Assembly (NCBI GenBank): GCA_030141605.1
Contig: JAQGDQ010000426.1
Coordinates: 124,001 to 188,000, forward strand
DNA: 64,000 bases
Source: Tubiluchus corallicola
Taxonomy: Eukaryota > Animalia > Priapulida
Reading direction: 5' to 3'
Shown here: one piece after another, positions 25,449-37,600 of the stretch
Position numbering within the stretch: position 1 is the first letter of the stretch
How the letters are laid out: every line of letters begins with the position of its first letter
Program-made: the position numbers and the translations under genes
Notes under the pieces: model-generated
Databases searched by the model: none
The model's input: only the letters and a program-made list of their open reading frames with translations
What the model was told of the DNA's origin: nothing

Positions 25449-25835
25449 TGTAAAGCAAAGTAAAGTAAAGTAAAGTAAAGTAGAAGTAGAAGTAGAAGTA
25501 GAAGTAGAAGTAGAAGTAGAAGTAGAAGTAGAAGCAGAAGTAGAAGTAGAAGTAGAAGTAGAAGTAGAAGTAGAAGTAGAAGTAGAAGTAGAAGTAGAAG
25601 TAGAAGTAGAAGTAGAAGTAGAAGTAAAGTAAAGTAAAGTAAAGTAAAGTAAAGTAAAGTAAAGTAAAGTAAAGTAAAGTAAAGTAAAGTAAAGTAAAGT
25701 AGAAGTAGAAGTAGAAGTAGAAGTAGAAGTAGAAGTAGAAGTAGAAGTAGAAGTAGAAGTAGAAGTAGAAGTAAAGTAAAGTAAAGTAAAGTAAAGTAAA
25801 GCAAACCAAAGTATAGAAAAGTAAAGTAAAGTAAA
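25449..25835. repeat. Compound microsatellite (GTAAA)n/(GTAGAA)n
   Basis: Directly visible. Confidence 0.97.
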
Positions 25836-27296
25836 CATTGGTGCCAATGTTGTCTGTTAAATGAACGACGGTAAAAAAATGTTGGCTTTGTCTTTGTCTT
25901 TTCGTTTGTTTTTATCGATAACTTTTTTATTTTTGATAACGCCCACTAGGTGACCTGGCATATTCGTCACGTGACTGGAAACATCCGGGCCAGTGGCAGA
26001 GGGCCAACGCTGCTTGTTTTTCGTGCGCCACCACGGAAGTGAATTTGGTGTCATATAATTCTTCAACCGGTTAAGACAATCTTTTTATTCTGATACAGCA
26101 AGCATCAATAGCAACTTCATTAACTTGAACGATAATGAAAAGTTAAAATTCGCAATGCGTGTGTGTGTGTGGGGGGGGGGGGGGGGATAGCGACTGCGTT
26201 ATAACCAAATTAGTCGCCCGTGACATTTTTAAGTGTTTTAAAAAAGGAGTTAAATAGTACTAGCATGGTAAACATTGATAACATTATTTATTATTTTTTC
26301 ATGATATGCTAACTGTATCTATATTAAAGTTACATAAATTTCTTGTTTGTTATGGGTATTTTTTTGGTTCTGTAGCTATAATGTAATAGCTCTGTTTCAT
26401 ACTTTTGTATTTTGTTGTTGTTTTGTTGTATGTATGTCATTGTAATGTAATATATGCCAATAATAAATTGTATAATTGTTGTAAGTGAACAGTAAGCAAC
26501 AATTACAATGCAAAAACTGGGAAGTGTTTTGTAAAGATTTTATTTGTTTTTGTAAAACAAATCAAATGTTTCCTAGTGTTGAAAGAGCGCACACGAGTTA
26601 CTTTTCATTTACAAAGCTTTTATTTACAGAAGCACAGCACCCTAAAATAGGTTTAAACGTTCGAAAAACTTAATGAGGTATTTACAGTTACTTCGTTAGA
26701 TTTTTCAATAATTCTCTATATAATTTTCTACAATTTCGTTAGTGCATGCCGCAGGTGGGCCAAGATGCTCTCGATCAAAAGCTTCTTATTAGATCACTCT
26801 AGCTGACAAAATTAGACCGATTAAATCTAATTTAAATCAGATTTTACAATGAACGGGTTTTTAATTATGGGCTTTCCTATATTAGATTTTAATCAATGTT
26901 ACTATAATCTGAAATCCATTCCATTTCTCAACATTTTGTGATTCTAAGTAAATGATATCAACGTACGTATAAGTAATTAAGCACAGAGGGTCAATATGAC
27001 ATGGTTAAGCTGTGAAAAACTTAGAAGCTCTACGTTTCTAGTTACATCTATAAAACAACAACAAACAATAACAAAAAGGCCTATTCATTTTCCTTTGTAT
27101 CACAGCATCCGTAAACGTGTGAAATACTATGTGTTTATTTAGCAACGTTACTAAGAATTAAAGTCAAAAATATTTATTTACAAAACATTCTTGATGGCTT
27201 AGATTAACAGCAAACAGTCTGTTTGCGACACCATATGTCCGCGACGAATGCAAGTAGAGTACCAATTTTCATGAATTTTTTTGGGGAAAAATGCAT

Positions 27297-27404
27297 GGCC
27301 CAGTTTTACAAAACCGTTACCAACTTAAATATGTCGTTATTAATAGTTAAGCTAACGTAACAGAGACGACGTAAACTCAGTGACGACTTTGTGAAACTAG
27401 CCCC
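27297..27404. mobile_element. Small MITE (Harbinger-like ends)
   Basis: Imperfect TIR GGCCCAGTTTTACAAAA / TTTGTGAAACTAGCCCC. Confidence 0.45.
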
Positions 27405-28511
27405 AGGTCTCAAATCTAAGACGTTTTAAAAATAATAACCTTGCTATCGATCTGAATGCATTGCAAAAAGGAGTTTTTATTCCCTGGTGCTGTACGTACT
27501 TTTGCTGTTACTAGGACACGTCGGATAAGACGAGCTAATGTCGTACACAGGCTAATATCGGACAATGAACTTCACGTTGTTAATAAAAACAAAGAAACAT
27601 TGACACCCCTTTTCCCCTTCTTTATTAATAAAGGAAAGGAAAAAGCGGTTCATTGTACTTTGTTATTTTTATTAAATCCTGAAGCTCATTGACCGACATT
27701 AGTCATTTCTGCCATGTACGTAATTATTATATTTCACGATTTCTTTGTATATAAACAAATTTTGCAATAACTGCGCTGCCACTTTAACATCAAATAGCAT
27801 TCATATCAAATATTAATATTTCTCAACGTTGTGTTATTGTTTTTTTTCGCAATTATGAGACAAATAAAGATGAACTTACTTTATTAGACCTAGGTGTTAT
27901 GTAAAAATAATTTCTTTACTAGAATACTAAAATAAGGCATCAGTATAGATCATCGAAACAATATGTGTTAAATGCGAAATGTATCAGTTTCTGCTTTTCG
28001 TTACGAGGCAAAAATTAAAATTTTTGTATAGCTTGATCAATCTTTAGAAACTTGTTAAAAGCCGTGTCATCAAACGCAGATAAAGCTGGACAATAAATTC
28101 TTCAGCCCAAAATCTTTTTCAAAAAAATGAAGGATTAAATTACTGTTTGAAGGAAAATTCCCTCTGTGACATGATTTATCTATAAATTATAATCGAAAAC
28201 GCTGACTGGCTGACCAGGCATATGTATCTGTCACGTGACTGTCACGAATACATCCGGGCTTATGTCACTGACAGACGGCTGATGCAACCTGCGCAGGAAA
28301 TTTTATGCGCCACCACCTCAAAGTTAATTTCGTGGCGCATCTTGTATTCTGTGGTCGGTTTTGTGGAATTTTTATTTTTAAAACTTTCAGAATCAAATTT
28401 ATATATGGCTGACGTTGAAAATTTCAACACGTAACTTTTGGTATCTCCCTGATTTTAGTTGTACACAGCAGAGTGGAGGGACGAATAAATTGAGCATTGG
28501 TGATTTGCCTA

Positions 28512-28662
28512 TTATAGAGGTGACAGGGCTTCGATTTGGGCTTCCGTTAGATCCGGATGCCAGAAATCTACTAACAAAACTAGCCGATAGGCGTCGCCAT
28601 CGTTCCACACTTCGTGATCGAATGAGTCGTCGAAGATTATCACTTTGCCCTCTTTCCATGCT
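28512..28662 (-). CDS. ASPH: ASPH terminal exon with second Fe-ligand His
   Basis: AWKEGKVIIFDDSFDHEVWNDGDAYRLVLLVDFWHPDLTEAQIEALSPL*; ttctag| acceptor; minus-strand AATAAA at 28376-28371. Confidence 0.96.
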
Positions 28663-31600
28663 CTAGAAATGAAAAAAGTGTGATACTATCTAGGATTACT
28701 TATATTTTTTATACAAAGACATTCAAGGCAGATCTTTCTTCGTAATTGTTGTCTTGCAAATGCTTTAAGTAATGCTTACAAATGCTTTAAGTAATGCTAA
28801 TCAAAAAATTTTATAATTTGAATCTGCAACACTCAACAAAATCTGCCAGTAGTAACAACAATCAACAATTTTTGTAACTGCATATTTTATTTGTGTAATT
28901 TAGCATCACTATGCCAAATGTTTTTTTCCATTTATATTCACTTACCAGACATTGTGTTTATGTAATCATACCAGCGTTCTTTAATTTTACATTTGCAGTT
29001 ACATAGTTACAAGTATAGTTACAGTTGTTCTAATTTCACTATAGAACGCATTTCTAATTTACTTTTTTACCTCATAAACTTAATATTTACAGTCATTTGC
29101 AAAAGTATCAGACCACCTCCAGAAATCCACCCCCGCATCACTTGTAGCTAATATGCCTCGCCGACTGCAAGCAGCCATTGATGCTCGTGGGGGGGGGACA
29201 CAACATACTGTAATATCTTCAACAGGACTCTTAAATACAGTAAGAATACGAATCTGAACATGTTGTGTTAATTTTTCTAAGATTAGACAACAATAATGTT
29301 TGTCTTATCAGTATATTGAGAATTATATTATTTACTATTATTGTCCAAGACAGTGAGACTTAAAGGTAAAGTTCACAAAGCAGTGGTCAGACCCGCCCTA
29401 ATCTATGGGCTGGAAGCTGCACCTCTAAAGAAGGCAGAAGAGAAGAAAATGGATGTGGCGGAGATGAGGATGTTGAGATGGATTGTGGGAGTAACAAGAA
29501 GGGATAAAATCAGGAATAGTAATATTAGAGGAACAGTGAAAGTAGTGGAAGCCTCGAAAAGTATACAAGAGGCAAGATTGCGATGGTATGGGCACCTGAA
29601 AAGAAGAGTTGGGGAGGATCACGTGGGAAGGGAGGTCATGGAAATGGAAGTGCTGGGAAATAGAAGAAGAGGACGACCCAAGCTGAGATGGTATGAATGT
29701 ATTAACGGAGACCTTAGAGAGAAGAACATAAATGAAAAGATGGTCAACAACAGGAATGCATGGAGAAGACTTATTCACAACGGCGACCCCGCATAGGGAA
29801 AAGCTGGAAAGAAGAAGAAGAAGAAGAAGAAGAAGAAGACTGTTATTGTCCAAGCCAGTAGATTTGTTCTTACTAGAAATAATGAAGTTGAACTCAAATG
29901 AAAATGTATTTAACTCCTGTTGTTGATTAATTGCATTATTAACCCAAAGTGTTTTTATCGTTTCATAACAATTTTGACCTGTATTTCACATAAAATCTAA
30001 ATGCTATTTTAGTTTAATCAAGATTGACCATATTTTGTTGCCCGCTAATTCAAGTACATGTATTTTCTTTACTCTGGATTATATAGCAAATGCCATAATT
30101 TTAAAATCATTAATGTTTCCTAAATTAAACTGATAACATTAATGCCCACCAGTGTCTAAAATCATTTCATCTATATTCGGTATAGGATAGCAGACTAAAT
30201 GACTTTATAGTCTTTTCGCTATCCTTTCTCTAGTTCTAGATCTATCTATTCATTTTAACCATTCTTCAAAACTTATTAGCAATTCTTTTATTAATCATGT
30301 TTTACCGTAGTGTTATAAAGACATAAATAAATTAAAATTGAATTGAAAAAATAAAGAATTTTATGTTTCCATAAAGTCACGTTTTCCTAATAAATGCCTT
30401 TTTCTCAGGGGTGGTGCGATACTTCTGCAAATGGCTTTATCAAATAAACAAGAAAATCACGTGACATTTAACATTTATACTGTTTCAGTTATACTTTCTC
30501 ACCTTGTTTCCTCTCCTACCCTCATTCTAGCTCCTCTAGGAACTTTTAGCCCCAAGTGTGCACGTATCCTAGTGTTTGTGGGACCCGTATGCGGCCAAAC
30601 GTGGGTGCCAGGTTGCATCAGTGAAAACGTGACCTATAAAATTATAATATAGTTATGAAATGACCTTGAAAAAATAATAATCGGCTGCCCATTTAACCTC
30701 ACATTAAAAATTGTTCATAACAGCGCCATTGCATGTACAATTTTGCATAATAAAAAATCGATTAAAATAAACACGAAAATAAAATAGTGTGACCTTGACC
30801 TTACCTGACCTCTCTTACAGTTCGCTGCTGCTTCAATCTCGTCGATTATTGCACACGTTTTGGATGCTCGTCTGCAGTTTTTATAAATTTTTTGGCCTGC
30901 AAAAACGTTCAAATACTAAAGGATCACGTTATAGTTATAATACTCCTAGTTCAAAAGCATATTATCGTTGTAAATAGGGCCGGATTATGACTTTTGAAAC
31001 CCCTAGGCTAATGAAATTGTAAGGGGCCCCTATGATGGAGCCACCCTCTAAGTTGCTCGCGCTCGACTCGAGTATTTTTTGCTTGTGATATATTTCAGCT
31101 AAATTTCCCATATTTCAAATAAAGGGCTTTAAAGAAGGGCCCTTATCTCAAATAGAGGGCCTCGAACAACCGCACTTCGTCTCAAATAAAAGACCTTAAA
31201 AGAGATCCTTTATCTCATATGAGAAGCCACTTTAAAATTGGATTTTCAGATTTCCTGGCATCCTTTTCTGAAATTGAAATTTTATTTTAAGTTATATGTT
31301 GTTGGCATCCTTCTGTCTCGGAAGACAATGGAGTGTGCGCCAAGAGAGTCAGTTATTGATCACATTGATGGAGCTGCAGCGTCGACGGAAGACAATGGAG
31401 TGTGCGCCCAGAGAGTCAGTTATTGATCACAGTGATGGAGCTACAGCGTCGACTGTGGCTGAGCAATGCGAATGTCTCCAGGGCGCACGCCTGGGCAAGG
31501 TGTATGGAGATCCTGAGTTGCCCAGACAACAGGAAGCCCTCTCTTCCTCCCTGGTGTAGTCCAAAGGAAAGCGGAGCGATACGTTTGGCACCAGGTTGGT

Positions 31601-34600
31601 TGCAGGAGCTGCCGGAGTCAGTGAGCGAAGGCATAAGTTATATAAATTATTCAATAATGCAAGGCATTGGCCTGCAAGCTTGAGGGGTCCTGGGCTGCAG
31701 CGTATAATAGCCTACAGAGTAATCCAGCCCTGATTCTAAGATTAATTAGTATTAATAGGCAACACTATTAATTTCCATGAATTAATTAAACTCTATGAAT
31801 TTGTTGCAAAACATTTATATTACCTTGTTTGAATAAATGAAACCTTTTCCAGTCGCCGTCGGTGTAACTAAGGCCCTCGTCTTTGTACATACCGCTGGAG
31901 GAGTCCATGTATTTTATTGCTTCGTCTCGTATAGTCTCCCAGTTGTTTTCTAGAAGCTAAAATGCACAAAAGATTGTCGGAAGAGCAAAACCCGATAACT
32001 GATCTAATAGTAAGTTTATTAATCCAATTAAAATGTGATTAATCGTGCGCGTGTCATCCTATCAACACAGCCTGTAAGTTAATGCAAAAATGAGCCAATC
32101 TGCTCAAGTGAAGAAGTCAATTGGTGCCTTGGTGGGTCATTTGGCTAGTCAGTCGGTCAGTCAGTTAGTCGGTGCGTTTAGCACATTAATTAAAGAGGTG
32201 CATTTCTGTTGACTGGTTGGTTTGAGTTTAAGGTTTTTTTACAATGCACATGTGTGAGTATAATATACACGTTATAATGAACACGTACAGTCATCTGATT
32301 GGTCAATGGACAATTGTACACGTACAGTCATCTGATTGGTCAATGGACAATTGTACACGTGTACAGTCATCTGATTGGTCAATGGACAATTGTACACGTG
32401 TACAGTCATCTGATTGGTCAATGGACAATTGTACACGTGTACAGTCATCTGATTTGTCAATGGACAATTGTACACGTGTACAGTCATCTGATTGCTCAAT
32501 GGACAATTGAATTCGTCAGTCAATTATTTTGTTGTATTTTAAAACCACAACGTTTGGCTATTAAAAAATACAGTAAAAACACACAGGTAACTAAGAGAAA
32601 ACGAGAATTATACTATCTTAATCACAAATTGCAGATGTGCAAATTTTATGCCAAAAATGTTGGTCAGATACAACATAACTAACCTCAATGGCTTTTACTT
32701 GTTTAAGTTCTTCTGGCGTCCACCAGGGTTTTGCGGTGAGACCTTCCACGTTGTAGATATTTGGGGATCTCTGCCACATAGATGGATACAAACCTTTTCT
32801 AGCTCCAGCCTTGTAAACTCGGTACGCCTGAAACAAACAAACATCATCATTTCAGTATATATTACATAGTTACATAGCACTTAAACCCTTCCATATATTA
32901 CATAGTTAGCACTTCAGCCCTTCCATATATTACATAGTTAGCACTTAAACCCTTCCATATATTACATAGTTAGCACTTAAACTGTTCCATATATTACATA
33001 GTTAGCACTTAAACCCTTCCATATACTACATAGTTAGCACTTAAACCCTTCCATGTATTACATAGTTAGCACTTAAACCCTTCCATATATTACATAGTTA
33101 GCACTTAAACTCTTCCATATATTACATAGTTAGCACTTAAACCCTTCCATATATTACATAGTTAGCACTTAAACCCTTCCATATATTACATAGTTAGCAC
33201 TTAAACTCTTCCATATATTACATAGTTAGCACTTAAACCCTTCCATATATTACATAGTTAGCACTTAAACCCTTCCATATATTACATAGATAGCACTTAA
33301 ACCCTTCCAAATATTGCATAGTTAGCACTTAAACCCTTCCATATATTACATAGTTAGCACTTAAACTCTTCCATATATTACATAGTTAGCACTTAAACCC
33401 TTCCATATATTACATAGTTAGCACTTAAACCTTTCCATATATTACATAGTTAGCACTTAAACTCTTCCATATATTATATTGTTATGTAGTCAGACATTAC
33501 ACAACACTTGAGTTAAAAAAGACAGCAGGTTGTTATAGGATTTACATGTCAAATGTAGACCTACGTTAAGTCAAATGTAGATTTAGGTAATTCAAATGTG
33601 TCTTGGTAGCTCAAATATAGTCTTAGGCAGTTCAAATGTGTTAACAATGGTTTTCAACAAATCTTAAGCGTTTTTTGGTAAGTCAAATGTAGACACATGT
33701 CAAGTCAAATGTCCTATGTCTACATTTGACTTACCTAAGTCACATTTGAACTTTCCTATGTCCACATTTGACGTGTAAAACCTATAGTGCCGTAAAAAAT
33801 AATAGTACAAAATTATTACCTTTAATAGACAACGTAATTACCTGCTTGGAATCACAACTGAACTATTACCACATCTATTCTCAATGCTTAGCTTTTGGTC
33901 ACTTCCCCCTAAACTCTCATTAGCGTTTCTGTTCTGGTATTTGACCCTACCTAATCAGTCTATAATGTGGCAATCTATTACAGCCCATAATAGTTTCTAT
34001 CCATCAGTTATAAATGTGACCCGTTGTTCTTGCCGTATTTTTGACAGCAAGCAACACCTGAATAAATGTCTTATTTAATATTGTTTTCACGTTTAATGTG
34101 GACCAATTCTTTAATTAACTAATGTGGATTTATTTAACGTTATTATTTTTGTTTTCAGTTCTTTTTGGATAATTTGTATCATTTATACTGTTTTTATTAC
34201 TATTTTTTCTTATTTGTTTTTGTTTTTGTTATCAGCGGCATCACCGTTAATTTTTTATTTACTAATCTATTTATAACAAAGGACAGGAGACTAGATGACC
34301 CTATGGTCCTTCCCTGCTCTGCTCCATGATTATAATTACTTATTATTTAAAAAACTTTTGATGTTAAACTAATTGGAGAAAATAAATGTTCTATGTCTAT
34401 ATGTCTATGTCTATGTCTGTTTCGAATGCAGGCAAGGATGCCTTTCTTACCTCATGTTTTTTACCATCTCTGTAATAAATGTCCGCTAGGTGGTAGAAGA
34501 ATTTTGCGTCTGATGCACCGACTTCTTCACACTTTATGCCTTGCTCTAGGTGTGGTACAGACTCTTGTGCCTTGTTGTACGTAGTTTTCAAAATGAAACC

Positions 34601-37600
34601 CATGTACGCATGCGCAAGACAATTTTCCGGATCTTTCTGAAGAACCTGGTTTAAAGACAGTTAAAAGAAGGCGGTCATTGTTTGGATTACACACTTTGGC
34701 AAATACATACACTAAGTGATGTTCATTAATCTTTTTGACATTTTGCATTTTATATTAATTATTTTTAACATTAATTCTTATCTGAGTATCGCCCTATTCT
34801 AAACTGTCAAAATGCATAAAACAAAACGTCGTAAAACCAAAAATAAGTTTCCCACAGGATAAAATTAAACAAATAAATAAGTAATTATTAACTAATAATA
34901 AGTAAATAAACAAAAATGCAAATATATGAAAAATATGAGCAACGCAGAACTTTAAACAATGTAGTACTGTACACTACATATGTGTTGGGCTATTACTAAA
35001 CTTTAACTAGAAATTCTATAAAAAAAAATCCCTCTGGGTTGAAAAACGCACAGTTAAGGTAGTCTCCTGATTCTAAAAACCATAACACTAAAAAGCAGCG
35101 TCATTTTGTAATTCAAATTTACCAAGCATTTTTGCTGCTGAAATGAAATCAATACTGTCTTTCTTCGTTGTTTTACAGTTCACAAAAATCTCAGTTTTTA
35201 ACACTTTGATTACCAAGTCAGAACGTTCAGATACAGTCAGCATGAAAAAGAGGGACTCCACAGACTCTGTGATACGGGAAAGGAAGCAAACAAAAGCAAG
35301 TTTACGTACGAATGAAATTACAGGGTTGTTTGATCTACAACAAATCGTTGAACATCAAATGGCAACAACAACTACTGTTCAAAATAAGATAGAACTGTTC
35401 CGAGACTGTCATAATCAGTAAGAGAGGTCAAAATGCCCCTGGGTCTCATTTTTTGTTTTCCATTCAGAAGCGCTGGTTCCTCGCGGACTTCATCAGATGA
35501 AATCAATTTAAAAGACGATTTACGTTATACAAGTTCAGCTGATAAACTTCCCGAGGCACGAAAGCTTATGAGGGAAAAATAAAGCATTTTTGAGACTCTG
35601 TTTTAGATATAAGCACGTGGTGCCTCCTTGTGTTTGTTTTTTTTTGCAAAATGAGGCTGTTGATCGACAGGTGAGCTAGGACTTGAATTAGGCCATTGGC
35701 CTCATTTTGGAGACAGGATAGGAAAGAAGTCATTTTTGTTCAGTATGTAGTATCGCTTCATGATAAAATTTATCAGTCGAGTTCTGTTTAGCAAGTTAGT
35801 AAGATGCGGCAAAGATGTAAGTTTGATTTCCTCATATTTCGTCATGTCATATTATTATTAATTATCGTTATACCAGTTACTTAATTTTGGATTAGCAGAA
35901 AGAATTTTTATTTGCTTCAGATAAAACGAAGTCGAGTCGCACATATTATGTTAGTCAGTCAGTCAGTCAGTCAGTCAGTCAAGTCTGTCATGATGTGATA
36001 GTGATTTCGGAATATGACGATAATTGGCCATTTTCCATTGTCATGATGACAATAAAAATCATGAATTACATCTAAAAGACTCGTATTTAGCGCATGTCGG
36101 GCACAGACCCTAAGGGCATTTTGATTCCTTTTGACATCTACCATTCGATATTCATATCGGCTATCTGTCGGCTGAATCTTTCATCCTTCGCATAGCCAAA
36201 GAATAAAAATCTTGTAGCAGTTCTAATTTTGCCATAAAACGTTCGACATTATAAACAATTTTCGTCGCTACTTGATTGGTTCACTTTTCCAAAATGAAAA
36301 CCCAGCACCAGTTTTTTTTGGTGCCTTTGCTACCTTCTCAAATATCTTTTCAGCTTCCATTGGCTTTCCGAAGTCGAGCAATCCTATCCCCTGCTCATTT
36401 CTCAGCTCCATGCTATTCGGATACCTTTCTACCAGGTCGTCCAAAACTCGCTTGGCTTTCTTTTGGAACCCTGACAACAGAAGAAATAAGCAAACCTAAT
36501 TACAAGATTCAATCAATGGTAAAACGCAAATTACTGTCAAGGATTTTAGATTATTTTATTACTTTAGTGTTTGTTAGTGTCTCTGAGAGGCATTTATGAC
36601 AACTTCAAAAGTCTCAGCTGAATTTTCATGAAACCACTGATCTTTATTTCTGCAATATTTAAAAATTAAAACAGAAAGGCAAAAGTGACTGACATTGGCT
36701 AATTTTATGAAAAGTTACATAGTTTAGTTAGATTGACAGTTATTTAGTCCATTCATAAATATCAGTGAATAAATCTAAATAAAAATTAATAGAAGTAAAC
36801 TTACATCGTTGCGGCATATATCTAATGAAATGTTTCGCTAGCTTGTACAAGACACATGTTCACTCATACTACATAACAGCATAATGAAAACATAACTAGG
36901 TCAATGCCCACACTTTAAACTTTCTAGCTAGATGGAGCCACCTTGGCTACAAAATTAAAATTTATTAAGTCAGGTTCACACTGGCCTTAATAGTGTTCAC
37001 TCATTCTTAACCCCCCCCATACTGTTTCTCTTTTCATTCATGTATGTATGTCTTGGCCTGGCTTCTTTTTGTCTGCTGACAGATCAAGTTACTTGGTCTG
37101 TTGGCAGTCTGTTCCTGTGTTGTTGCTTGTCTCAGTTAAACCATTTATTTGTCAAGAGTAGCAGAGTCATTATGTAAGTACATTTCTTGTTTCTCACTGT
37201 TATTTTATTATTAATTGCTTTGCTTCTTTTTTTAAGCTCAAATTAGTTTCTTATATTTTGTTGTGATTATTCTTACTTACGCAATAAAGCTACTCAAACA
37301 TGAATTCTTATTACGTATTGAGTAACATGACTCTTATTCTTACTTAAAAAAGCTACTCAAACACGAATTCTTATTACGTATTAAGTAACATGACTCTTAT
37401 TCTTACTTAAAAAAGCTACTCAAACACGAATTCTTATTACGTATTAAGTAACATGAAACTTATTCTTACTTAAAAAAGCTACTCAAACATGAATTCTTAT
37501 TACGTATTAAGTAACATGAAACTTATTCTTACTTAAAAAAGCTACTCAAACATGAATTCTTATTACGTATTAAGTAACATGAAACTTATTCTTACTTACG

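Noticed and set aside
25310-25847. Poly-L, ST and YF ORFs (also poly-ER/LS, FRFVS and poly-S/V ORFs at 42.7, 51, 53 and 55.7 kb)
   Set aside because: They are translations of microsatellites.
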